64,000 nt of DNA from Trueperaceae bacterium (GTDB taxonomy: Bacteria > Deinococcota > Deinococci > Deinococcales > Trueperaceae). How positions within the stretch are numbered: position 1 is the stretch's first letter; each line of letters starts with the position of its first letter. The DNA lies in NCBI GenBank assembly GCA_034521815.1, contig JAXHLW010000001.1:256001-320000 (forward strand). Reading direction: 5' to 3'. A program made the translations under genes and the position numbers. The notes beneath the pieces are model-generated. The model did not search any database and was not told the DNA's origin. It saw only the letters and a list, made by a program, of their open reading frames with translations. Below, in pieces: positions 52,856-63,410 of the stretch.

Positions 52856-53887
52856 ATGCGCGTCATCGACTTGAGAAGCGACACCGTCACCGTCCCCGAC
52901 GCCGCGATGCGGCAGGCCATGGCCGAGGCCGAGGTCGGCGACGACGTCTACGGCGAGGATCCGACCGTGCGGCGCCTGCAGGACGAGCTGGCCGAGATGG
53001 CCGGCTTCGAGGCGGGGCTGTTCTTCCCGACCGGCACGATGAGCAACCAGGCGGCGCTGGCGGCGCACACCGGCCGCGGCGTCGAAGTGATCGTCCCCGA
53101 GGGCGCGCACGTGTACGAGTACGAGCTCGGCGCGATGTCGATGCTGTCCGGTCTCACCCCCCGGCCGATCCCGGCGCCGGCCGGAATTCCGAGTCCAGGC
53201 GACCTGCGCGCCGCGGTGCACCGCAGCGTGCATCAGGCGCCGACCGGCCTGGTCGTGCTGGAGAACACGCACAACAAGGCCGGTGGCACGGTGCTTCCCT
53301 CCGACGTCCAGGCCGAGCTCCTGGCCGCTGCGCGCGACGAAGGGCTGCCCGTGCATCTCGACGGCGCCCGCGCCTTCAACGCCGCGGTCGCGCTCGGGGT
53401 CGGGATCGACACGGTCACGCGCGGCTTCGACAGCGTCTCGATCTGCCTCAGCAAGGGGCTCGGTGCGCCGGCAGGGACGGTGCTGCTGGGAAGCAGGGAG
53501 CTGCTCGGCGTGGCCCACCGCTACCGCAAGGCGTTCGGCGGCGGCATGCGCCAGGTGGGCGTTCTGGCGGCGGCGGGGCTGGACGCGATCCGTCGGGGAC
53601 CGGCGTGGCTGGCGGACGATCACGCTCGGGCGCGGCGACTGGCGGAGGCGCTGGCGTCGACGCCGGGCGTCGCGATCGACCTGAGTCGCGTCCAGACGAA
53701 CATGGTGTACGTAGGCGTCGACGATGCGGCAGCGGTCGCCGCCGATTGGGCGCGACACGGCGTACGGGCCAACGCGCTGGGGCCGAGCTCGATCCGACTG
53801 GTCACGCACCACCAGATCGACGACGACGACATCGGCGTCGCGGCGCGGACGATGATCGATCGGCTCGAGCGGCGCCACGCCGCCTGA
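52856..53887 (+). CDS. ltaE: low-specificity L-threonine aldolase
   Basis: [40 protein letters not shown]; own TACGAT-N6-ATG start. Confidence 0.93.
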   Translation: MRVIDLRSDTVTVPDAAMRQAMAEAEVGDDVYGEDPTVRRLQDELAEMAGFEAGLFFPTGTMSNQAALAAHTGRGVEVIVPEGAHVYEYELGAMSMLSGLTPRPIPAPAGIPSPGDLRAAVHRSVHQAPTGLVVLENTHNKAGGTVLPSDVQAELLAAARDEGLPVHLDGARAFNAAVALGVGIDTVTRGFDSVSICLSKGLGAPAGTVLLGSRELLGVAHRYRKAFGGGMRQVGVLAAAGLDAIRRGPAWLADDHARARRLAEALASTPGVAIDLSRVQTNMVYVGVDDAAAVAADWARHGVRANALGPSSIRLVTHHQIDDDDIGVAARTMIDRLERRHAA

Positions 53888-53902
53888 AGGGCAGGCCCTC
53901 GA

Positions 53903-54776
53903 ATGTCCAGCCGAGCCGTCCTGCTCGCACATCCGGCGGGACACAGCCTGAGTCCGGCGATGCAGAACGCGGCGTTCGAGGCGCTGGGCATCGACGCGCG
54001 CTACGAAGCCTGGGACGTACCGCCCGAGAGCCTCGCGAGCGCCGTCGAGACGCTTCGGCGCGACGTGGACCTGCTCGGATGCGAACGTGACCGTCCCGCA
54101 CAAGGCGGCGGTCATGGCGCACCTGGACAGCGTGGCGCCGGTCGCGCAGGCGATCGGCGCCGTCAACGTGATCCGCCGCGACGGGGCTCGACTCCTGGGT
54201 GAGAACAGCGACGCGGAAGGGTTCCGACGATCCCTCGACGAGTCCGGCGTTCAGCTGGCCGGCCGGCGTGTCGCGCTGCTGGGGGCCGGCGGTGCGGCCC
54301 ACGCCGTCGCCTGGGCGGCGGTGAACGCCGGCGCCAGCGGTCTGTGGATCGTGAACCGGACGGTCGAGCGCGCTCAGAGCCTGGCCCGACGGATCGCGCC
54401 CGCCGGATCCGCGTGCGACGTGCGGGTGCTGGCGCAGGCCGAGGAGGCCGTAGGCGCCGACGTGTGGGTCAACGCGACGTCGCTGGGGATGCGCCGGGCC
54501 GGCGTGGATCCGAGCGAGCGTCCCGTGCCTGCCCGCGTTTGGCGGACGGTGGGCGCCCTGCACGGCGACGCCGTCGCCGTCGACCTGGTGTACCGACCGC
54601 GCTCGACACCGTTCCTCGTGGACGCCGAGGCGGCCGGCTTGCGAACCGTGGACGGCACCGGCATGTTGCTGCACCAGGGTGCCGTGGCGTTCGAGTCGTG
54701 GACCGGACGGCACGCGCCGGTGAGCGCGATGCGGCGGGCGCTCGACGAGGCGCTGGCGGCGGAGACGATCCGATGA
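53903..54776 (+). CDS. aroE: shikimate dehydrogenase (frameshift at ~54079)
   Basis: HSLSPAMQN | (GA)NVTVPHK, IGAVN, LGAGGAA, NATSLGM, DGTGMLLHQG. Confidence 0.9.
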
Positions 54777-55711
54777 TCGAGCCGTCTCGTCGCCCGCTGG
54801 ATCTGCCGCAGGACCTGCGGACGATCGTGGTCCTTTCCGACGTGCACGGCAATCTGCCGGCGCTGGACGCGGTGATCGCGGATCTGGACGCGGTGTCTCC
54901 CGAGATCGTGATCGTGAACGGCGACATGGTGAATCGCGGTCCGCAGGGCGCGGAGGTGCTGGACCGGATCGACGAGCTGGACTGGACGATGGTGCTCGGA
55001 AACCACGACGACCTGTTGCGGATGTGGGTCGACCGCGACGCGTCGTTGCCGCCCAGCTGGTTCACCGACCCGTTCTGGCGGTCGACGGCGTGGTGCGCGG
55101 AGCGTCTGGAGCGGTCGGGCTGGCTTCCGCGGATCGCGGCCCTCCCGCTCACCATCGCGATCGAGCCTCCAGGCGCGTCCCGCCTGCTGGTCTCTCACGG
55201 AAGCCCGCGCCACTACCGAGAGGGGTACGGCGAGCACCTCGCCGACGAGGCGATCAGCGAGATCGTCGAGATGCACCCGTACGACGTGCTCGTCGGGTCG
55301 CACACGCACCGACCGATGGAGCGCCGCTGGGGTCGGCATCTGGTCCTGAACAGCGGAGCGGTGGGCACGCCGTTCAACGGCGATCCGCGAGCGCAGTACC
55401 TCGTGCTGCGACGGGACGGGCGCGACTGGACGCCGGAGTTCCGCCGGGTGGCGTACGACCGTGCCGCGGCGCTGAGCGTGTTCGAGGACAGCGGCTACCT
55501 GAGCGACGGCGGACTCAGCGCACGACTGTACTGGCTCGAGGTCGCCACCGCGCGCAGCTGGCTGGTCCCGTTCCTGATGTGGAGCGAGAAGAACGGCATC
55601 GCGCGAGGCGAAGCGTCGTGGAGGAGGTTCCTGACCGAGCGCGGAACACGCCTCGAGGCGCCCGACGATGTCGGGGCCGACATCGTCGCGCGCAGCGGGC
55701 TGGCGGGGTAG
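54773..55711 (+). CDS. metallophosphoesterase family protein
   Basis: SDVHGN, GDMVNRG, GNHD, HGSP, SHTH, NSGAVG. Confidence 0.92.
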   Translation: MIEPSRRPLDLPQDLRTIVVLSDVHGNLPALDAVIADLDAVSPEIVIVNGDMVNRGPQGAEVLDRIDELDWTMVLGNHDDLLRMWVDRDASLPPSWFTDPFWRSTAWCAERLERSGWLPRIAALPLTIAIEPPGASRLLVSHGSPRHYREGYGEHLADEAISEIVEMHPYDVLVGSHTHRPMERRWGRHLVLNSGAVGTPFNGDPRAQYLVLRRDGRDWTPEFRRVAYDRAAALSVFEDSGYLSDGGLSARLYWLEVATARSWLVPFLMWSEKNGIARGEASWRRFLTERGTRLEAPDDVGADIVARSGLAG

Positions 55712-55747
55712 ACGACCTGCGGGGTCGAGATCCCTACGGGAACCGTC

Positions 55748-57778
55748 TCAGGCGGAACGACGCTCGATGCGCCAGGCGCCCTCGCGCACCGCCGTGAGCC
55801 GCAATCCGTCGGGCGGGTCGTCGGCGATGTCCGCGAGCATCTCCTGCGCGGTCGCGGGCTCCAGGTCGAAGCGCTTCGCGATCAGCTCGGTCTTCGCGAT
55901 CATCGGCATCTCGGGGCTCGCCAAGAACCGTAGCAGACGCGTGCGCAGGTCGCCTCCGAGGAACCGTTCGGCCCGGATCGGAACGCCCGACGGAAGGGTA
56001 GCCCCACGTTCTCGTGGAGACTCGATGGAACCTGCTTCCGGTCGGTCTGCCGCTGGTCGGTCGGCTGCGCATCGGTCGGCTGCCCGTCGGTCGGCTGCCG
56101 CATCGGCATCCTCGTCCCGCGCTTCGTCCACGTCGGCGATGCTCTCTGGCTCGTCGTGCTCGGCGTGCTGGCTCTGGTCCGTGGACGGGCCCTTCGCGTC
56201 GGGGAAGAGCGGCGTTCCGGACGCCAGCCACGACGGCATGCGTGCGCCGCGCTCGGGACGCTCGTCGGCAGGCATCTCGGGGCGCTCGTCATGGGTCCCG
56301 CGGTCGGTCGGGGCGCCGGGGTCGCCTCGCGCCGTGTCGAGGTCCGCCGTTTCGTCGACGGTCTCGTCGACGGTCTCGTCGCCGGCCGCGTCGACCGTGC
56401 CGTCGACCGAGCCGTCGACCGCGACGTCCGTCGCCTCGTCCGTCGCCTCGTCCGTCGCCTCGCCCGTGGTGTCGGCCGGCACGTCGTACGGCACGTCGTC
56501 GGCTGCCGCCTGCTCGCTACGGTCCGTCGTCTCGCCCGTGATGGGGTGACGGCCGACGTCCGTGTGACGTCGCGCTGCCCCGAGCGGCGCATCGTCGGCC
56601 GTCTGCTCGGCCGCTCGCCCGGGGGCCTCCGTCGGCGTCGGCGCCGACGCCTGCGTCCGCGTCACCGTGGGCGTGCTCTCGGGCGTCACGGACCCGCCCA
56701 TCGCGTGCGCCGTATCGAACGTGTCCGGATCGGCGTCGGTCTCGGCGGCGTCCGCATCCCAGGCGTGGATCCAGTCGTCGGGCTCGATGTCGGGGAGCTC
56801 GTCGGAGGGGTCGTCGTCGGCGTCGCGTGGCCGATCCCCACCACCGAACCATCCTCGCGCCGCCCGCAGAAGTCCTGCGAACGGTCCGCCGCCGGATCGC
56901 TGTGCCCTGCCGCGGTCGGACGCCCGGGCGCCGGCTCCGCCGTCCGTGGACCGATCTCGATCGCCGGACGACGAACGCGCGTCCGATGCCGGCCGCACGG
57001 TCACGCGAGGTGCACGCGGCGCGTCGTCGTCGCGGTCGTCCTGGAGCACGCCGTCGATCGGCCTGACGCCGGCGGGCCGGCCGAACGACGGCGACGTCGC
57101 GTCGTCCGGCGGCCGGACCTGCGCCGGTCCCGCCCTCCGCAGGTCGCGCGGGGCGTAGGGCTCGAAGCCCGTGCGCTCGTCTCCGAAACCGTCGTCGTAG
57201 GCGTCTTCTTCGTACGCGTCTTCGTACGCGTCGGCGTGGTCGGCTCGGTGGCGGTCCACTGCCTGGTCCGGCGTCGCCCCCGCGCCGTCGTCAGGCCGTG
57301 CGTTCGTGTCCGTGCCCGGCCGGGCACGCACCCGCGCCTCGGCGCCTTCGCGGTCGATCTCCCGGTCCGCGGCGCGCGCAGGGTCCTCGTCGTGCTGCGG
57401 CTCGGTGCGTCGCGGCTCGTCGTGGTGGCTGGCCCAGGTGCTGGGGGTGACCTTCGGACGCGAGCGCCGCGGGCGCTTGGCGACGGCGATGCGGACGTCG
57501 TCGCCGCGCAGCTCGAGAACCAGCTGATCGTTGACCTGGACCTCGTGACGCTCGAACAGGGGAGCGAGGCCCGAGAGTCGCCGTGGCGGCTCGGACCAGA
57601 GCACGATCGGCTCGTCCGCCTCTACGTCGTGCACGAGGATCTCGCCCTCGGGAAGCGACCCGGACAGGGCGAACGGTAGCTGCACGCCGCCGCTGCGGAG
57701 GCACATGCTCGTGATGCCGATCGCGTGACGCTCGCTCGGAACGCCCTGCCCCGTCGCGCGCTTCGCATCTTGATTCAC
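55748..57778 (-). CDS. hypothetical protein: folded N- and C-terminal domains joined by a long acidic low-complexity linker
   Basis: SD AGGAG; D/E/A/P/R-rich middle with ATDE and AADR repeats. Confidence 0.7.
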   Translation of the reverse strand: MNQDAKRATGQGVPSERHAIGITSMCLRSGGVQLPFALSGSLPEGEILVHDVEADEPIVLWSEPPRRLSGLAPLFERHEVQVNDQLVLELRGDDVRIAVAKRPRRSRPKVTPSTWASHHDEPRRTEPQHDEDPARAADREIDREGAEARVRARPGTDTNARPDDGAGATPDQAVDRHRADHADAYEDAYEEDAYDDGFGDERTGFEPYAPRDLRRAGPAQVRPPDDATSPSFGRPAGVRPIDGVLQDDRDDDAPRAPRVTVRPASDARSSSGDRDRSTDGGAGARASDRGRAQRSGGGPFAGLLRAARGWFGGGDRPRDADDDPSDELPDIEPDDWIHAWDADAAETDADPDTFDTAHAMGGSVTPESTPTVTRTQASAPTPTEAPGRAAEQTADDAPLGAARRHTDVGRHPITGETTDRSEQAAADDVPYDVPADTTGEATDEATDEATDVAVDGSVDGTVDAAGDETVDETVDETADLDTARGDPGAPTDRGTHDERPEMPADERPERGARMPSWLASGTPLFPDAKGPSTDQSQHAEHDEPESIADVDEARDEDADAAADRRAADRCAADRPAADRPEAGSIESPRERGATLPSGVPIRAERFLGGDLRTRLLRFLASPEMPMIAKTELIAKRFDLEPATAQEMLADIADDPPDGLRLTAVREGAWRIERRSA

Positions 57779-57840
57779 ATGCGCTCCTCTCCCGGTACGG
57801 ACCTCGAGTCTAGCAGGCGATCTGCGGACGGGCCGTGCCG

Positions 57841-58272
57841 TCAGCGGTGCGAACGGGCTACGACCACGAGCGCTGCGCTGATCAGGAGGAAGGCCGTGAG
57901 CGACAGGACCGGAATCGTGACGAAGCCGAACCAGTCGATGTAGGCGACGTCGCAGGGGACACCGCTACGGCAAGCGCCGGCCACGCCGAAGCCGGGGATC
58001 TTCTGGTCCAGCACGTGGTAGCCAGCGACGAGCGCGCCCAGGATCGTCAACGGCAGCGTGTACCGCACGATGCCGGCGTCGCGGTTCCACGCCGCCACGC
58101 CCAGCACCAAGACCAGCGGATACATCAGGATGCGTTGGTACCAGCAGAGCGTGCACGGAACGAACGATCGGACCTCGCTGAACCAGAGGCTACCGAGCGT
58201 CGCCACCAGGGCCACGACCCAGGCCAGGTACAGCGAGGCCTCGATCGTACCCGAGCTGGCCTCGTCGTTCAC
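57841..58272 (-). CDS. disulfide bond formation protein (DsbB/BdbC family)
   Basis: PCTLCWYQRILMYP, second Cys pair CRSGVPC, TIPVLSL; start uncertain. Confidence 0.9.
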   Translation of the reverse strand: MNDEASSGTIEASLYLAWVVALVATLGSLWFSEVRSFVPCTLCWYQRILMYPLVLVLGVAAWNRDAGIVRYTLPLTILGALVAGYHVLDQKIPGFGVAGACRSGVPCDVAYIDWFGFVTIPVLSLTAFLLISAALVVVARSHR

Positions 58273-58300
58273 GCCGCGTCGTTCGTTCGGTGTCGTTCGT

Positions 58301-58939
58301 TCACTCGGCGTCGGCCAGGGCGGCCTCGATCGCTGCGGCGATATCGTCGTAGCCAGCTCGGACCTGCTCACCGTCCACGAAGACGGTGGGCGTTCCCTGC
58401 ACGCCCAGCGCCTGCGCGTCGTCCATGTCGGCGCGAACCGCCTCGAGGCCGCGTCCGTCGGCGATGCAGCTCCGCAGCTCGTCGCCGTCCAGCTCGGAGA
58501 CGTACTCCTCGGCCAGCGCGATCGCGCGAGCCTCGGTCAAGCCGCTCTGGCTCCTGAAGGCGACCTCCTCGAAGGTCCAGAACGCGTCGTTGCCCTGCTC
58601 GTACACGCATTCGCCCACCTGCGCGATGCGCTCCGACTCGGGGCCGATGACGACGAAGTTCTTCGAGTAGTACGCCGCGGAGCCGTCGTCGACGAACTGG
58701 CGCTCCAGTCTGGGGGTGACGGCTTCAGCGAACGTAGCGCAGTGGGGGCAGAGGAAGTCCTCGAAGACGACCACGTCCACGGGCGCGTCGGCCGAGCCGA
58801 GGCGCGGCTGCGCGTCGAGCGACAGCTCGGTCCCTTGCGCGCTGGCGCCGCTCGACCCCAGCCGCGGTACGAGAACGATCGCCGCTACGACGGCGATCGC
58901 GGCGACGAGCGTGACGATCATGATCAGACGTCGGTTCAT
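58301..58939 (-). CDS. DsbA/BdbD-family thiol-disulfide oxidoreductase
   Basis: GSADAPV, FEDFLCPHC, GVQGTPTVFVDG, N-terminal TM. Confidence 0.92.
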   Translation of the reverse strand: MNRRLIMIVTLVAAIAVVAAIVLVPRLGSSGASAQGTELSLDAQPRLGSADAPVDVVVFEDFLCPHCATFAEAVTPRLERQFVDDGSAAYYSKNFVVIGPESERIAQVGECVYEQGNDAFWTFEEVAFRSQSGLTEARAIALAEEYVSELDGDELRSCIADGRGLEAVRADMDDAQALGVQGTPTVFVDGEQVRAGYDDIAAAIEAALADAE

Positions 58940-59021
58940 GCGCACATGCTACCGGAGCCGATGGCCGGGCGTCGGTCGTCCGACGCGCCGACCGGGGCGA
59001 ACGAACGTGCCGTGCGGCGAC

Positions 59022-59576
59022 TCATCGGACGTGATTGTCGATGCCTTCGTACGCCGCCAGGAAGGCGGTCATGCCTTCCTCGTCGATCGTCTCGAAGCGC
59101 TGGAGCCGCCGCCACGCCGTCATGGCGTAGTCGGTCGGCATGTCGGGACGGGGGGCGATCACGACCCGGCGATAGCCGGCCGCGATCTCCTCGAGAGCGT
59201 CCACACGGTCGAGCGTCTCGTCCTCGTCGGCCACCGGTCGGTACCAGAACACCACGCCACCGTCCTCCATGTTGTGAAGGACGCGCTGGTCCTCGACGAC
59301 GTCGTCCGGACCGTACGCGCCCCATGCGGCCAGCTCGGCCGTGTGCGGCCCCGAGGTGGGCGGATCGCTGTTGTACGGCGGAACGTTGGCGCCCAACGGA
59401 ACGTGACGGTTCCCTTGGCTCGCGAACCGCTCGCCCGGAAGGTTGGCCGCACGGACGGAATCGACGACGATCGGGATGGCGATGAGCGCGGCGACGCCGA
59501 TGGCGCCGAGAATCCACGGGGCCCGGCTCGCTGTGGAGCGACTGCGGCGTCGTTTGCTGCGTTGCTTCTTGGCCAT
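59022..59576 (-). CDS. DUF3105-like membrane-anchored protein
   Basis: YNSDPPTSGPH, LHNMEDGGVVFWY, AMTAW. Confidence 0.8.
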   Translation of the reverse strand: MAKKQRSKRRRSRSTASRAPWILGAIGVAALIAIPIVVDSVRAANLPGERFASQGNRHVPLGANVPPYNSDPPTSGPHTAELAAWGAYGPDDVVEDQRVLHNMEDGGVVFWYRPVADEDETLDRVDALEEIAAGYRRVVIAPRPDMPTDYAMTAWRRLQRFETIDEEGMTAFLAAYEGIDNHVR

Positions 59577-59796
59577 GGGCCGCTACGTTAGCAAGACGGC
59601 TCCCACCGACGCGTCGCATTTCCGACGAAGGCCCGCGGCGCTGCACGCCGGACGAGCGTGTAAGCGGGGGGGCACGGGACCTTCGTCCCGCTTTGCTATG
59701 TTCGATTCGAGAGCCCGTCGTTCGGGCTCACGGACGTAGGTCCGTACGCCAAGCACGCAAGAAGCACCACAGCTCGTCCCCGAGGGGGTACTCCAC

Positions 59797-60396
<600 letters not shown>

Positions 60397-60523
60397 GGCG
60401 GCGATCGCCGCGCCGAGCGCTGGCGCGACGGGGCGGGGCACGGGGTCTTCCCCCGTGCCCTTCTTCGTGCGGCCGGCGCAGGCGGCCGGCGCATGCTGTC
60501 GCGGCAGCGTCGGCGACGTTCCC

Positions 60524-61579
60524 TCAGCGGGACGAAGCGCCGGTCTCCGCTTCGACGTCCGCGTCCTGCTCGTCGGGACCCTCCAGGCGCGTCTCGGCGG
60601 CCCACCTCAGGTGCGCCAGGCCGCCGATCAACGGTCCGATCACGAAGTACAGATAGTGGTGCGCGAGCCGCCACAGGATGACCGCCGCCGACAGCGTGGC
60701 GGGAGCCAGCTCGCCACGAAGGGCCAGCGCCAAGGAGGCTTCCTGGTAACCACTCGCTCCAGGCGTCGGGATGGCGAAGGCGAAGGCGTGCACGATCACC
60801 TGTGCCGAGAAGGCCACGCCTGAGGGCACCTCTGCACCGAGTCCGGACAGGATGACGAGCAGCACGCCGAAGTACACCAGGCGCATGAGCGAGGACAGCA
60901 GCAGGAACCCGACATGCCATGCCCAGCTCTGCCGGGCGACCCGCCGACTGGCGAGCTCGAGGCGCTCCAGGAACGCAGCGGAACGGATCCGCAGCCAGCG
61001 CAACGAACGTACCGCCAGGAGTCGACGCAGCGCTCCGACGAGGAGCGCGAGGCGGAACACCAGCAGGTAGCTCGCTGCGCCTGCCAAGATCGACAGCGCC
61101 GCGACGAGCCACCCGAGGTGCACGACCGGCAGCTCGATGCCGACCAGCTGAAGGCCGAGGGCCGACACGGGCAGCGCCCAGGCGAAGAAGGTCATGTCGC
61201 CGACGACGCACATCACGGCGATGGCTGCCGCGTTCTGGGACTTCACGCCGAAGCGGTACAGCATGTAGGCGATGCCGACGGAACTGCCGCCGCCCGCGGG
61301 CGTGACGACGGCGCTGAAGGTGCCGACGACGTGGGCCTGAACGGCCTGCAGGAACCCCAGCCGCTCGTCGGCGGCGTGCGCCAGCATGACCAGCCGCATC
61401 GCGGAGACCGCCCACCAAGCTCCGATCGTCGCCAGCGCCAGCGCCAGCGCGACCGGGTCGAGCTGGGCCAGCGCGCGCCACGTGTCCACGCCCAAGCCGC
61501 CGGGCAGCGCCAGGAACAGGCTGCCGACGCCGAGGACGATCGACAGGACCAGGGCCAGCCACAAGCGCGTCCGGTTCAC
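60524..61579 (-). CDS. lysylphosphatidylglycerol-synthase TM / flippase-like (UPF0104) protein
   Basis: VTPAGGG, IPTPGASGYQE, ILWRL; GTGA overlap with upstream glycosyltransferase. Confidence 0.85.
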   Translation of the reverse strand: MNRTRLWLALVLSIVLGVGSLFLALPGGLGVDTWRALAQLDPVALALALATIGAWWAVSAMRLVMLAHAADERLGFLQAVQAHVVGTFSAVVTPAGGGSSVGIAYMLYRFGVKSQNAAAIAVMCVVGDMTFFAWALPVSALGLQLVGIELPVVHLGWLVAALSILAGAASYLLVFRLALLVGALRRLLAVRSLRWLRIRSAAFLERLELASRRVARQSWAWHVGFLLLSSLMRLVYFGVLLVILSGLGAEVPSGVAFSAQVIVHAFAFAIPTPGASGYQEASLALALRGELAPATLSAAVILWRLAHHYLYFVIGPLIGGLAHLRWAAETRLEGPDEQDADVEAETGASSR

Positions 61580-62757
61580 GCGGACCAGGGAAGCCCGCGA
61601 TCGAGGGTGTCCGACGCGACCTTCCGCGTGCGGGCGTACACCTCCAGGTAGCGACCGAGCCGTTCCGCCATGCCACGGAAATCGAACGCCGCCGCCTTCG
61701 CTTCCGCGGCCGCGAGGGTGCCTGGGTCGTCGCGATACCCAGCGAGGCGGTCTGCGAGCTCGGTCGCCGTCGTCGCGGGCCCGCCGAGCCCGTGGCGGGC
61801 GAGCATGTCGGACATGCGGTTCTCCGCCATCCCGAAACGCTCCGGCGCGAGGATCGGCCGGCCCACCGCCAAGGCTTCGTACACCGTGGCGGGACCGGTC
61901 TTGGTCACCACCACGTCGGCGGCGGCCATGTGCTCGCCCAGCTCCGGAACGAAACCGTCGATGCGGAGTCGCGGAAGGTCGCCGTGCGCGCTTTTCAGCG
62001 CCGCCGCGAGGTCGGCGTTGCGGCCGGTCACCACGAGCGGCTGGACCTCGGGGCCCAGCGTCCGGACGGCTCCCAAGACGCGGTCCGCGGTGCTCCCGAT
62101 CCCCTCGCTGCCGAAGGTCACCAGCACCGTGAAGGCGTGTTCGTCGAGACCCAGCCGCTGGCGCGCCCGCTGTTTCGTGATGGCGTGGAGAAACGCCTCG
62201 CGCACGGGGTAGCCGACCACGTCGATGCGGTCGGCAGGGACGCCGAGACGGGCCAGTCCCACGGCGTTCAGCCGCGATGCGGTGACGCAGCGCTCGAGGT
62301 CGGGATCGGCCCACAGCGCGTTGGCGTTCATCGTCGACGTCTCATAGGTGAGCACCGGCGTCTCCAACCCGTAGAGCCGCTGGGCGCGGGTCAGCGCGAT
62401 GGTCAGCCAGCCGTGGTTGACGACCACGAGATCGGCGGTTTCCGCCGCGAGCCGTTCGGCGGCGACGCGTGCGAACCCGTCGAGCATCCAGCGGTGCGCC
62501 TGGACCGTGACTCGCGGGATCGCGTCGGCGAGTCGCTGTCCCCAGACGATGCTGGCCGGCCGTGCCAGCATTCGACGCCAGCCCGCCTTGTGCCGGAGGT
62601 CGAGGCCCGAAAACCCGTAGTCGACCATCGGCTCGAAGACCCGTGTCTCCGCGCCGAGGCGGCCCACCGCCTCGGCCATGGCCTGCGCCGTGCTGACGTG
62701 AGCGCCGCCGGCGGCGATCGTCGCGAACAGGATCCTGGGCGCTGCAGAAGAGGTCAT
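61576..62757 (-). CDS. MGDG-synthase/UgtP-like diacylglycerol glycosyltransferase
   Basis: AGGAHVSTAQA, VVGYPVREAF, FGSEG, MAAADVVVTKTGPATVYEA, EN. Confidence 0.85.
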   Translation of the reverse strand: MTSSAAPRILFATIAAGGAHVSTAQAMAEAVGRLGAETRVFEPMVDYGFSGLDLRHKAGWRRMLARPASIVWGQRLADAIPRVTVQAHRWMLDGFARVAAERLAAETADLVVVNHGWLTIALTRAQRLYGLETPVLTYETSTMNANALWADPDLERCVTASRLNAVGLARLGVPADRIDVVGYPVREAFLHAITKQRARQRLGLDEHAFTVLVTFGSEGIGSTADRVLGAVRTLGPEVQPLVVTGRNADLAAALKSAHGDLPRLRIDGFVPELGEHMAAADVVVTKTGPATVYEALAVGRPILAPERFGMAENRMSDMLARHGLGGPATTATELADRLAGYRDDPGTLAAAEAKAAAFDFRGMAERLGRYLEVYARTRKVASDTLDRGLPWSA

Positions 62758-62909
62758 GATGCCGGCGCTAGACTACCGCGCTTCGCTGGCGGCCGGCGCC
62801 GCGCCAGGCGCGGCTCGGACGCAGCAGGGCACGGCGCTCGGCCCGATGCCGTTCCATGGGTACCCAGGGGACCGATGCCGAGGGCGCGCGCGCCGCCTAG
62901 CCTGGCGGC

Positions 62910-63410
62910 ATGCACGAGCGGCGCGAGACGGTCCTCACGGCGGTGTTCCTCACGGCGTGCCTGGCGCTCGTCGCGGTGGGCCTGTGGCCGCGGCTTCACG
63001 CGCGCCGGACGGTGCCGGTCCCGGAGGTCCCCGAGCTGGTGGTGGCGGTGCACGGCGCGGTCCGCTCGGCCGGCAGCTACCGCCTGCCGTGGGGCGCACG
63101 GGTCGCCGACCTCGTGGAAGCGGCAGGGGGACTCGGTCCGGACGCGGCGTCCGAGCTGGTGGACCTCGCCGCTCCGCTGACGCACGGATCGACGGTGCAC
63201 GTTCCACGGGCCACCGGCCCCGAGGGCGAGACCCGCGTCTCGATCAACGCCGCCCCTGAACGCGAGCTGGAGACGCTGCCCGGGATCGGACCGGCGCTGG
63301 CGGGACGCATCGTCGACGCCAGGCCGTTCTCGAGCGTCGACGACCTCGAGCGCGTGCGCGGTATCGGACCGGCCACGCTCGAGCGTCTTCGCAGCCGCGT
63401 CACGCCGTGA
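62910..63410 (+). CDS. comEA: competence DNA receptor (SLBB + HhH)
   Basis: VAVHGAVRSAG, INAA, LPGIGPALA, VRGIGPATL. Confidence 0.92.
   Translation: MHERRETVLTAVFLTACLALVAVGLWPRLHARRTVPVPEVPELVVAVHGAVRSAGSYRLPWGARVADLVEAAGGLGPDAASELVDLAAPLTHGSTVHVPRATGPEGETRVSINAAPERELETLPGIGPALAGRIVDARPFSSVDDLERVRGIGPATLERLRSRVTP

Noticed and set aside
59670-59796. Mn-sensing (yybP-ykoY) riboswitch upstream of sodA
   Set aside because: Only small hairpins are present; conserved riboswitch motifs not recognisable
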